From: Synechococcus sp. A15-24
GTDB taxonomy: Bacteria > Cyanobacteriota > Cyanobacteriia > PCC-6307 > Cyanobiaceae
Length of the DNA: 32,000 nt
Direction: 5' to 3'
Assembly: GCF_014280195.1 (NCBI RefSeq)
Contig: NZ_CP047960.1
Span: 90,001 to 122,000 of the forward strand
Part shown: positions 9,347 through 18,081 of the stretch, in pieces
How positions within the stretch are numbered: position 1 is the stretch's first letter
Layout: the number at the start of each line of letters is the position of its first letter
Position numbers and translations under genes: made by a program
Notes under the pieces: generated by a model
Database searches by the model: none
Seen by the model: only the letters and a program-made list of their open reading frames with translations
What the model was told of the DNA's origin: nothing

Positions 9347-10531
9347 TTGAAAGTCCTTATAATTGGTGGTGGTTTCGCTGGATGCTCTGCAGCTCATATT
9401 CTTTCAGACTTACCTAATGTAGAAATCGACCTTATTGAAAAGAATTCTTTTCTTGGGGCTGGCAATAAAACTCGTTGGTATGGCGGCCACCCGTATACCT
9501 TTGGCCCTCGACACTTCTTGACTCCATATCAAGACGTGTTTGATTACCTAAATAATATTTTACCAATTAATCTTTGTCCTGAACATGAATTTCTTTCTTA
9601 TGTTGAGCCAGATAATAACTTTTATGCTTATCCCATTAATATGCAGGATGTGCGTTCCATGCCTGACTCAAACCGTATTTTGAATGAGTTAAATACATGT
9701 CAGGAGCAAATAAAAGCACAAGGTGGCATTCAGGCTTCAAACCTCGAAGATTATTGGCTGCAATCAGTTGGTAAAACTCTTTACGATAAATTAATCCAGC
9801 CTTACAATTCAAAAATGTGGCTTGTAGATGATGTCTCTTCTATCGATACTTTTAAGTGGTCTCCTAAGGGAGTAGCTATTAAGGACGGGCCTCGTGCGGC
9901 TTGGGATGAGGTTTATTCAGGTTATCCACATTCCCCAAGAGGCTACGACGATTACTTCCCATTTGCAACCCAAAATGCAAATGTACTTTTATCTACGACT
10001 GTTGATTCTATTAATCTTAATTCTAAGCTCGTTACCATAGATGGAAACACTAAATCTTATGATTGTATTGTTAATACTATTGGCCTGGATACTCTTATGC
10101 CTGATACTGGTCTTCCCAAGTTGCCTTACCTTGGAAGGAAATTAGAGTTAATTGTCTTTCCATCTGAGCATGTCTTTCCAGAAAATGTATATTTCCTTTA
10201 TTATCCTGGTTCAGGATCATTTACTCGCCTAGTTGAGTATAAAAAATTCACCAAGCATAAAAGTCACACTAGCCTTATTGGTATGGAAATACCCGTTAAT
10301 AACGGCGGTCAAGACTACCCTATGCCTTTTAAATGGGCACAGAGACTAGCTTCTGAATATCATAATTGTTTTGCATCTTCTACTTTTTCGATGGGCCGAG
10401 CTGGTTCCTATCTCTATGGTATTGATATAGATGATTGCATTAAGCAATCTTTTATTTTAAGGGAAATGATTGTCAGTGGCTCCTGGGATCATCCTGTTCC
10501 CGGCGAGCAATATCGTTTCCCCGAGCTTTAG
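9347..10531 (+). CDS. UDP-galactopyranose mutase-like FAD-binding protein
   Basis: TTG start. N-terminal dinucleotide fold VLIIGGGFAGCSAAHIL..IEK..LGAGN, followed by GPRHF, resembles Glf-type flavoenzymes. Confidence 0.55.
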   Translation: MKVLIIGGGFAGCSAAHILSDLPNVEIDLIEKNSFLGAGNKTRWYGGHPYTFGPRHFLTPYQDVFDYLNNILPINLCPEHEFLSYVEPDNNFYAYPINMQDVRSMPDSNRILNELNTCQEQIKAQGGIQASNLEDYWLQSVGKTLYDKLIQPYNSKMWLVDDVSSIDTFKWSPKGVAIKDGPRAAWDEVYSGYPHSPRGYDDYFPFATQNANVLLSTTVDSINLNSKLVTIDGNTKSYDCIVNTIGLDTLMPDTGLPKLPYLGRKLELIVFPSEHVFPENVYFLYYPGSGSFTRLVEYKKFTKHKSHTSLIGMEIPVNNGGQDYPMPFKWAQRLASEYHNCFASSTFSMGRAGSYLYGIDIDDCIKQSFILREMIVSGSWDHPVPGEQYRFPEL

Positions 10532-10552
10532 CTCTCCTTTCTATTATTTTTC

Positions 10553-10561
10553 TGCTATAAT
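10553..10561 (+). promoter_or_regulatory. possible internal extended -10 promoter element (TGcTATAAT)
   Basis: tgctataat lies in the only sizeable gap (51 nt) of the plus-strand operon, about 22 nt upstream of the ATG at 10583. There is no convincing -35. Confidence 0.25.
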
Positions 10562-10582
10562 ATATTAAAATACTTCCTTCTT

Positions 10583-11938
10583 ATGCCTTCCGTTTTAAAG
10601 AAGTTCCCCAACGATCCGCTTCCCGTAAGCATTGTTGGCGGAAAAGGTATTTATCTATTTCTTCAAGATGGAACCGAGCTTCTTGATTTCACCGGTGGTT
10701 GGACGGCTCACTCGGTCTTTGGTATGGGAGATCAGGGGCTTAAAGATGCTATTAATAGGCAGTTGGATATTTATGCTCACTTGGATGGCAACGTATGGAC
10801 TAATCCACTTTTAGACGAGCTCGCACAACTTACAGTTTCACAAGCCCCGGAAGGACTTAACAAAGTATTTTTCGGCGGCTGTAATGGCTCTGATGCTATG
10901 GAGCAAGCCATGAAGCTCAGTTATCATGTTCACCATGATTCTGGCAACCCAACGAAGCAAAAATATATCTATAGAGCTCAGTCTTTCTCTGGGGCTACAC
11001 TCCAAACGATGAGTGTGTCTGATTTGCCTATCCTTAACTTTTACAACCCTATCAAGCCTGGCGGTTATATTCAGATTCCTGAGCACAATTATTTGCGACT
11101 TGCTCACCCCAACGAAACTCAGCAAGAATACCTTGATCGTTGTGCAAACGACCTAGAGACTGCAATTATCCAAAATGGACCTGAAAATATTGCGGCTTTT
11201 TGCGGTGAAACTATGATGGGTGCTTTGAGGGGTGAAGTTGTACCTCTTCCAGGTTACTGGAAGCGTATGCGCGAAATTTGTGATAACTATAATATTCATA
11301 TCATTCTAGATGAAATTTATTGTGGCATGTCAAGGCCAGGAGAAGTCTATTGCTGTACATATGACGACTTTACTCCTGACTTCATCGCAATTGGTAAGGG
11401 TTGTGCCGGTGGTTATGCACCTATTTCTGCTGTTGTTACCAAGGGAATTTTTGAGGACGTTATTGCCAATGGTACTGGGCGTATTCAGTTAGGTCATACT
11501 TTTGCAGGTTATGCGCTGGGAGCGGCGGCCATGCTTGAGACCCAGAAGCGTGTTCAAACCCCTGAAATGCTATTGCATGTCCGCAAGATGGGGCAGAAAA
11601 TTCGATCCATTATTGATTCTGAGCTGTCTGACCATCCCTTTTATGTCGAAACACGTGGTCGTGGTTTAAATTCAGCTTTTGAGTATCATTGCGACAACGT
11701 TCACGGTTTTAGTCTTTCTCTTGCCCAATCAATGAAGTCTAAACATAAAATACTAATTAATGCAAAATGGCATAGAACAACTTTTACCCCAGCATTTATC
11801 ATTGACGATTCAATTGTTGAGCGTGTTTTGTCGGCTTATGTAAATGAGTTTAAGTCTATTTCACGTAGTTGGTCAGGTGTTATCGACTCGAGTGTGAATG
11901 TTTCTCGAGCTCTTGGTGGTGTAAAGCCTGGTGCTTAA
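10583..11938 (+). CDS. class III (acetylornithine/GSA-type) PLP-dependent aminotransferase
   Basis: LDEIYCGMSRPGEVY (DEI..G..R.G) and FIAIGKGCAGGYAPISAV (PLP-Lys) are class III hallmarks. The ORF is 451 aa. Confidence 0.7.
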   Translation: MPSVLKKFPNDPLPVSIVGGKGIYLFLQDGTELLDFTGGWTAHSVFGMGDQGLKDAINRQLDIYAHLDGNVWTNPLLDELAQLTVSQAPEGLNKVFFGGCNGSDAMEQAMKLSYHVHHDSGNPTKQKYIYRAQSFSGATLQTMSVSDLPILNFYNPIKPGGYIQIPEHNYLRLAHPNETQQEYLDRCANDLETAIIQNGPENIAAFCGETMMGALRGEVVPLPGYWKRMREICDNYNIHIILDEIYCGMSRPGEVYCCTYDDFTPDFIAIGKGCAGGYAPISAVVTKGIFEDVIANGTGRIQLGHTFAGYALGAAAMLETQKRVQTPEMLLHVRKMGQKIRSIIDSELSDHPFYVETRGRGLNSAFEYHCDNVHGFSLSLAQSMKSKHKILINAKWHRTTFTPAFIIDDSIVERVLSAYVNEFKSISRSWSGVIDSSVNVSRALGGVKPGA

Positions 11939-12824
11939 TGTGACAATTTCCTTTGCCGTTATAGGTTGCCATGGTTATATTGGCTCCCTTCTACTCAAAC
12001 ATCTTAGAAAGGCTTATCCAGAATCGACGCTTCTCGGCGTTGATATCTCTTCCTTCCCGGATAAAGAAATAAATTCCACATTGGTCCATTATTTTTCTAC
12101 AGATTCGCTTTCCTCCATTCAGTGGGATTTACTTTCCTCTAGGGTTCATATTATTTATTGCGCTGTTACTTCCTCTCATCTTCTTGATCCGCATCAATTA
12201 AATTCCGGTTTATTGCCTGATATTTCTTCTCTTGCATTGTTATTAGAGTGTCTTCCTCACTCTATTGATTTTAGTTTTACTTATCTCTCCTCTTCGGCTG
12301 TCTATGGGTCTAAGACTGGTATCCTTCGCGAATCCGATGAGTTGGTGCCTCTAAATCCTTATTCATTGATGAAAATCCAATCCGAATCCATAGTCCAATA
12401 TATGTCTAGAGTCCGTAATATTCCTTCTTTGATTTTTCGTCTATTCCAGTCCTATTCACCTCATCAAAACCCTGTTAACCTTATTGGTAAGCTTATGTAT
12501 ACTTTAAGCCACGCTTCTTCTCCTGTGACTTTGTTTAAGCAGGGGTCACAGATACGATCCTTTCTCTATGTTGATGACTTGATTGAGTGTCTCTCTGTAT
12601 TGCCAAATCATACTTCTGCTAAGATTTACAATATCGGTTCACCAGAGGCAGTATCCATATATAATTTTGCATCCGCAATAGGAGCTAATTTTGTTTTAGC
12701 AGGTGATCCTGATTCTTCTGATATTGTTTTGCCTGATATTAGTTCCTTTTCTAGTGATTTTGATTGGTTACCTAGTGTGTCTCTTACAACCGGCTCTGCA
12801 ATGGTTCGCAACTTTTTTAGTTAA
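11931..12824 (+). CDS. NAD-dependent epimerase/dehydratase (extended SDR)
   Basis: GTG start; an in-frame GTG at 11940 is also possible. Motifs VIGCHGYIGSLL (Rossmann), SSSAVYG and YSLMKIQSE (YxxxK). It is the last gene of the plus operon. Confidence 0.55.
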   Translation: MLNVTISFAVIGCHGYIGSLLLKHLRKAYPESTLLGVDISSFPDKEINSTLVHYFSTDSLSSIQWDLLSSRVHIIYCAVTSSHLLDPHQLNSGLLPDISSLALLLECLPHSIDFSFTYLSSSAVYGSKTGILRESDELVPLNPYSLMKIQSESIVQYMSRVRNIPSLIFRLFQSYSPHQNPVNLIGKLMYTLSHASSPVTLFKQGSQIRSFLYVDDLIECLSVLPNHTSAKIYNIGSPEAVSIYNFASAIGANFVLAGDPDSSDIVLPDISSFSSDFDWLPSVSLTTGSAMVRNFFS

Positions 12825-13779
12825 GATAACTTCTTAGTTTTATCGCTATATCTTTCGTTCTCTTGTTGTATTCCTCTAAATATTTTGTTGACTTTACGTG
12901 TTTTGCCATAATTAATATCCATCTTACTTGATACACATTAAGCAATTTGTGTATTACCTTGCTACTTACTTTTGTCCCTATTGTTCTTCTCTTTCTTATT
13001 TCATCAACAATCTTTCTTAATTTGTTTTCGTCTAGCAAATGATTTGGTTGTAGCATCATATCACATATGGTTTTGTGTATATCATCTAAGCCTCCATACT
13101 CAAAATCGAAGAACATGAATTCGTTATTCATGCGTAACGAATTTTGTATACCAACGTCTGATGGAGATAGTATTAATCTGTCTCTGTTTGTTTGATCGCA
13201 ATTATCTTGCCCCAACGTCTCTATCTTTTTTTTGGTTTCACTTTGTACCCATAATCTGATTTCCTCGCTTATTTCTGAATCAAATAATATATCGTTATAC
13301 CTTTTCTGATTTTCATTTATTGTATTTTTGATACTTACATAACTGTCTTTTGCTTTATGCTTATACTTATTTGCTGTTGCTGGCTTCTCCTCGTTTAATT
13401 TCTCCAGAAAATCAACAAAGCTATTTATGTACTCATCATCAATTCGCTTGACTCTCTCACCATTTAGCCAGCTCATTATTATCCATTTTCCTTCTTTATC
13501 ACTTACTAACAGTCTTGGTGTATTCTTTATATTGTACTCTTCGCAGTATCTAAGAAAAGTTTCTTCCCTTTTGTTCCTCATGCTTTGCTCATAACTACCA
13601 TTTTTTCCTGGATATATCTTTACTATATATTTATTCTTGTCATTTGTCTTCGCTATGTATGTATCACTGTTTTTACCTCCACTTAGACGATCTAGTTCTT
13701 TTATATTTATTAACTTGTTTGCTATGATTTCATTTAGAAGAGCTTCTTTCACTTCAAAAGTTCCTTTAATTCTTTCCAT
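12817..13779 (-). CDS. APH/choline-kinase-family phosphotransferase (putative sugar kinase)
   Basis: LSGGKNSDTYIA near the N-terminus, plus SPSDVGIQNSL....FFDFEYGGLDD (Brenner/DFE-type motifs of the aminoglycoside phosphotransferase fold). K/E/N-rich. Confidence 0.55.
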   Translation of the reverse strand: MERIKGTFEVKEALLNEIIANKLINIKELDRLSGGKNSDTYIAKTNDKNKYIVKIYPGKNGSYEQSMRNKREETFLRYCEEYNIKNTPRLLVSDKEGKWIIMSWLNGERVKRIDDEYINSFVDFLEKLNEEKPATANKYKHKAKDSYVSIKNTINENQKRYNDILFDSEISEEIRLWVQSETKKKIETLGQDNCDQTNRDRLILSPSDVGIQNSLRMNNEFMFFDFEYGGLDDIHKTICDMMLQPNHLLDENKLRKIVDEIRKRRTIGTKVSSKVIHKLLNVYQVRWILIMAKHVKSTKYLEEYNKRTKDIAIKLRSYLN

Positions 13780-14354
13780 GAATGCATTATCATGATATCA
13801 TCAAAACGTGAAAGTCCACTTTCTTCCTTGGGTTCGTAAAGTATTTTTTTTACATCTTTGTTTATCATAGTTAAAATTTCCACTAAATCGTCAATGTAGT
13901 AATTGCATCCAAGGTTGTGTATTCGTGCTGCTTTTTTTTCTTTTGTATCCTCAAAATACACGTCTTTAATACTCATTCCTATCCCATCCTTGTCAAAAAA
14001 TCTATTCTTTTCCAGCCATTTCATTGCGCTTGTCCTTAGATTTAATCTTGGCCCTTTGTAGGGGTACTCTGTTTTATGACTTATGATTACGAGTTTTCTT
14101 GAATCTTTTTTGAGATGAATTAGTGCATCAATCATGTCTTTGGATGGTTCTGCGTCTCTTATTTTATTGCCATATACTTCCGCTTGCAGTATCGTGAATT
14201 CGTAGTCCTTTTCTTGACTTCTTAGGTAATCGCGTATCGTTGTTTTACAGCATTTCATAGACTGAGTTATTAATCCCTTTTCCACTGCTAATTGATGAAA
14301 GAGTTTATCGTACCTTACCAATGTGTTGTCGAAGTCCAACCCAATCAGTTCCAT
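13749..14354 (-). CDS. HAD-superfamily hydrolase/phosphatase
   Basis: N-terminal DxDxT motif (IGLDFDNTLV), a later ISHKT segment and a YYIDD segment. Confidence 0.55.
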   Translation of the reverse strand: MELIGLDFDNTLVRYDKLFHQLAVEKGLITQSMKCCKTTIRDYLRSQEKDYEFTILQAEVYGNKIRDAEPSKDMIDALIHLKKDSRKLVIISHKTEYPYKGPRLNLRTSAMKWLEKNRFFDKDGIGMSIKDVYFEDTKEKKAARIHNLGCNYYIDDLVEILTMINKDVKKILYEPKEESGLSRFDDIMIMHSWKELKELLK

Positions 14355-15268
14355 TTTTGTTCGGCATTTAGCTTTATTCCTTTCCAGTTTAGGCCTTCTG
14401 CTTCTCTTGCGTACTCTTGATTCCCGAGTTGATGTATAAAGTGATCATCAATTCCAACTTGTTTTAATTTCACCTTATCTATTTCTTTATGCGATAGCCA
14501 TTCGATTAGGGATGAGCCTAAACCGCCAATTTTATTGTGTTCTTCTAATGTGATCCACTTTGTGTAACCCTCGCTAATGCATCTTTTCAGAAATTCAACA
14601 TCCAGCGGCTTGATACTCCCCATGCTGGCTACACCCATGATCACCCCTTCATGTTTAAGTTTTTCTCTTGCGATTAATGCTTCATTGACAATTGGACCAA
14701 TCCCAAGAAGTAAAAATTCTTTTCCTGGTTTTAGAAGATGTGCTTTTCCAATCCCCAATTTCATTGTGTTGTCAAGTAAATTTGGTTCACCTTTTTTGCC
14801 TATTCTTATGTAAGTTGGTTTTCTTTCATAAATTGCTTGACGTAATTGTGCTGTTAATTCCAGTGAGTCTGTTGGTGCACATATGCGAATGTTTGGAATG
14901 CTTCGTAGAATTGCTATGTCTTCCAGTGAATGGTGAGTCACTCCTAGTTCTGCATATGAAAGCCCTGAACCCGTTCCCACGATCACCACAGGCGCCTCGT
15001 GATAAGCAACACCAGTGCGAATTTGTTCAAGGCAACGAGTTGTCGTGAATGGGGTGATTGTGTATACCACTGGGCGTAGTCCGCTTAACCCCATACCTGC
15101 TGCCATGCTCATCATATTTGCTTCGGCGATACCGCAATTTATGAATCTCTTTGGCGCTACTTCTTTATAGCGATCAAACATTCTGTTGCCGATATCCCCG
15201 GAGAGAAGGCACACATCGTCCATTTCCTGGGCGAGTTCGGTCATTGCTTTCGCAAATGCATTTCTCAT
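14345..15268 (-). CDS. transketolase, C-terminal (pyrimidine-binding) subunit
   Basis: RFINCGIAEANMMSMAAGMGLSGLRPVVYTITPF and GTGSGLSYAELGVTHHSLEDIA are typical. ATGA overlap with the N-terminal subunit gene. Confidence 0.8.
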   Translation of the reverse strand: MRNAFAKAMTELAQEMDDVCLLSGDIGNRMFDRYKEVAPKRFINCGIAEANMMSMAAGMGLSGLRPVVYTITPFTTTRCLEQIRTGVAYHEAPVVIVGTGSGLSYAELGVTHHSLEDIAILRSIPNIRICAPTDSLELTAQLRQAIYERKPTYIRIGKKGEPNLLDNTMKLGIGKAHLLKPGKEFLLLGIGPIVNEALIAREKLKHEGVIMGVASMGSIKPLDVEFLKRCISEGYTKWITLEEHNKIGGLGSSLIEWLSHKEIDKVKLKQVGIDDHFIHQLGNQEYAREAEGLNWKGIKLNAEQKWN

Positions 15269-16110
15269 AACTGCTTCCTCTCCAGCTCTGCGAGGGCCGC
15301 TTTGAGTTCTTCAGCGTTCGGCGTACGGTAGTGCCAATTGTTGTCGTCTTCCATGAATGACACCCCTTTGCCTTTGATTGTGTCAGCCACAATCACGCTG
15401 GGTCTTTCTGTTTCTGACCGTGCAGCATCAAGTGCTTTGTTGATCTCTTCAAAATTATGCCCGTTAATCTGTTGAGTGTGCCAACCGAAAGCTTCCCACT
15501 TTTTTCCGAGTGGTTCTAGTGCCATGACGTCTTTGCTGCGACCTGTGGCTTGCCATTTGTTGTAATCGATGATTGCTGTGAGATTGTGTATTTTTTGTCC
15601 ACCAGCAAACATGGCAGCTTCCCAGATGCTGCCTTCGTTGCACTCACCATCACTCAGGAGTGCGTAGCAGCGGTTTTTTCTTGCTTGGATGCGCTGCGCG
15701 ATCGCCATGCCTAGGGCCATTGGCAATCCATGACCCAGGGAACCGGTTGCTGCTTCCACGCCCGGGATGTATCCCGGTTTAGGTGGGTGCTCATGAAACA
15801 TACTTCCGGGTTGACCGAATTCGGACAATCGCTCAACCGGGAAAAATCCGCGTTCTGCCAGCACCTGGAACAGCACCGGCGCCCCATGGCCCTTGCTCAG
15901 GATGAAGCGATCACGATCTGGAGAGTCTGGTGCTTTTGGATTGATGTTCAGTTCCTGCCAATAGAGCGCAGTCAGCAGTTCAACGCACGACAGGCACGAT
16001 CCGAGGTGAGGGATTTTCGCTCGTGCCGAGGTTTCGATCGTGCGTTTTCGTATGATGTGCGCCACGCGGATGAGATCATTTGTTAAGGGATGATTCATTA
16101 CGCTCATCAC
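15265..16110 (-). CDS. transketolase, N-terminal (TPP-binding) subunit
   Basis: HLGSCLS, SKGHGAP, GSLGHGLPMALGMA and LLSDGECNEGSIWEAAMFAG match split-transketolase N-terminal subunits. Confidence 0.8.
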   Translation of the reverse strand: MMSVMNHPLTNDLIRVAHIIRKRTIETSARAKIPHLGSCLSCVELLTALYWQELNINPKAPDSPDRDRFILSKGHGAPVLFQVLAERGFFPVERLSEFGQPGSMFHEHPPKPGYIPGVEAATGSLGHGLPMALGMAIAQRIQARKNRCYALLSDGECNEGSIWEAAMFAGGQKIHNLTAIIDYNKWQATGRSKDVMALEPLGKKWEAFGWHTQQINGHNFEEINKALDAARSETERPSVIVADTIKGKGVSFMEDDNNWHYRTPNAEELKAALAELERKQL

Positions 16111-16111
16111 C

Positions 16112-17062
16112 TCAACTAATTGCCTGCAGCTGAAGATGTCTCATCCATTTCACCGTGTAGCAGTTTTCACCGTCAGGCAACGCGTCATTTCGGTATGCCT
16201 CTGTGATCTGTTTGATCGCATCTTGCACGCTGAACTTTGGTTTAAACCCCGTTGCCAATAGTTTGCTGGAATCTTGTCGGTAGGAGCGAGGGTCGTTGGA
16301 TTCGGTGATCACTATCTCAGCACCTGTTTGTTGTTGTACGCGTTCGGCGATTTCGCGAATTTTGATGTTTTCAAATCCAGCATTGTAGCAACCTGATGTG
16401 ATTTCTGGATGACCCAGGAAGTGGCGATACACATTCGCCAGATCTTGGATGTGAATGTTGGGTCTAGTTTGCTCACCCCCGAACACGGTGATCTTCCCAT
16501 TTTTGAGACCTTGATACGTGAGCATGTTGACGCTCACATCCAACCGCATGCGTGGCGATAACCCGCACACAGTTGCTGGACGGATGCAGTGCACTTGCAT
16601 CTGATCGGCATAGGAAAGGAACACCCGTTCCCCCACCATCTTGGTTTTGTTGTATACCGAGATCGGCACCAATGTGAGGTCTTCTGTCACTTTGGGTTCG
16701 TCTTTCACGCCGTATACGCTGCCTGAGCTTGCGAATAGGAACTGTTTCACTCCAGCCCGTACTGCACGATCAGCAAGCTGCTGACCCGCCAGCACATTCA
16801 CCTCCCAGCTAAGTGTTGGGTTCAATTCCACCGCGGGATCATTAGCAATGTTGGCCAGATGAATCACAGCGTCCACTCCATTTAGAGGGATCTGATCGGT
16901 CTCCCGTACATCCAGCTTCAGATTGGTGAGTTGAGGATGTTCCTGCAGCGCATTGCCAAACCATTGGGTGTCAATGCTGGTCACGCTGTGACCATCGCCA
17001 AGCAACAGGGGGATTAGCACCGTGCCCTTGTATCCGCAGCCACCAGTAACGAGCAGGTTCAT
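16112..17062 (-). CDS. NAD-dependent epimerase/dehydratase (extended SDR)
   Basis: I chose the start at the internal ATG (MNLLVTGGCGYKG), which forms an ATGA overlap with the upstream stop at 17059-17061; the track ORF extends to 17122. YNKTKMVGE is the YxxxK motif. Confidence 0.7.
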   Translation of the reverse strand: MNLLVTGGCGYKGTVLIPLLLGDGHSVTSIDTQWFGNALQEHPQLTNLKLDVRETDQIPLNGVDAVIHLANIANDPAVELNPTLSWEVNVLAGQQLADRAVRAGVKQFLFASSGSVYGVKDEPKVTEDLTLVPISVYNKTKMVGERVFLSYADQMQVHCIRPATVCGLSPRMRLDVSVNMLTYQGLKNGKITVFGGEQTRPNIHIQDLANVYRHFLGHPEITSGCYNAGFENIKIREIAERVQQQTGAEIVITESNDPRSYRQDSSKLLATGFKPKFSVQDAIKQITEAYRNDALPDGENCYTVKWMRHLQLQAIS

Positions 17063-18081
17063 GTCTTGTGCTGGTAGTTCCAGGGAAGGGTGTTGAGGGT
17101 GTCCAGGTTGGCATTCACCCACCCCAGTGTCTCCTGAAGCCCCTGCTTTAGTGAGACTCGATCAGTCCAGCCGTGTACCTGGCGCATCGCAGCACTGTCC
17201 AGCAGGTAGCTCTGGTCCTTTCCAAGCCGTTCGTCGCTGTCCTGCACCAGAGTGTTGAAGTCAGCACGGCACAGGGAGCAGATTTGCTCTACCAGCGCCC
17301 GGATGCTGCAGCATTCCCGGGTGGATAGGTGCCATGCGCTGCCAGGCTCCCCGTCGTTGGCCAACTGCAGGGTTGCGCGCACCACATCCTGGATGTGAAT
17401 GAAGGACCGCACGGAGTGTCCTCCTCCATGAAGATGCATCGGCTTGCCGGTTCGGGCACTCAACAAGGTGCGCGGAATAATGCGATAGAGCTGCTGCCCT
17501 GGGCCATACACGTTGGCGGCTCGGGTGAACACCACGGGGAAGCCATAAGCCTCATGGAAGCTGTACAAATGCAGGTCGCAAGCAGCCCTGCTCACGGCAT
17601 AGGGGGTGCTGGGCTTGAAGTGGTTGTGCTCTTTGATCCAACCGCCATCGGTGCTGCCGTACACCTCCGGGGTGGTGACGTGAACATATTTCTGGAGAAA
17701 CGGTTTTTGGCGCAATGCATCGTGCAAAGCCACCTGGGCGACCACATTGGTGCGGTACCAATGGGTGGGGTTGAGCCAGCTTTCGGCAACCATGCCTTGG
17801 GCGGCGAAATTCACCACCAACTCCGGTTGAACGCGATCGATCAGCTCCAGCAGATCATCCAGCTGGCTGTTGAGATCAATCGCTCGAAACTGGAAGTTCT
17901 CCGCTGTGGCGAGAGCCGGGCCATCTCCGTTGAGGCGCCAGCGGTAAGGCAGGAACACGGGGTGCGGTTCCGTTGAGCGACTGACACCCCAAACCGCATG
18001 GTCATGGCGCAGGGCTTCAGCCACAAAGTGGCTGCCACTGAAGCTGTTAGAGCCGATGACGAGGACTTTGGGCTTGCTCAT
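17059..18081 (-). CDS. NDP-sugar 4,6-dehydratase-like extended SDR (YxxxR variant)
   Basis: VLVIGSNSFSGSHF (Rossmann), NFAAQGMV and TPYAVSRAACD...TRAANVYGPGQ resemble dTDP-glucose or GDP-heptose 4,6-dehydratases. Arg occupies the usual Lys position. Confidence 0.65.
   Translation of the reverse strand: MSKPKVLVIGSNSFSGSHFVAEALRHDHAVWGVSRSTEPHPVFLPYRWRLNGDGPALATAENFQFRAIDLNSQLDDLLELIDRVQPELVVNFAAQGMVAESWLNPTHWYRTNVVAQVALHDALRQKPFLQKYVHVTTPEVYGSTDGGWIKEHNHFKPSTPYAVSRAACDLHLYSFHEAYGFPVVFTRAANVYGPGQQLYRIIPRTLLSARTGKPMHLHGGGHSVRSFIHIQDVVRATLQLANDGEPGSAWHLSTRECCSIRALVEQICSLCRADFNTLVQDSDERLGKDQSYLLDSAAMRQVHGWTDRVSLKQGLQETLGWVNANLDTLNTLPWNYQHKT

Noticed and set aside
1639-11492. Alternative-frame plus-strand ORFs inside the low-GC operon: 1639..1872, 3795..4061, 5477..5692, 5726..5965, 6143..6379, 10632..10814, 11310..11492.
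   Set aside because: They are fully nested in longer ORFs that carry recognisable enzyme motifs. Their hydrophobic Leu/Phe/Ile-rich translations are what T-rich sequence gives in off-frames.
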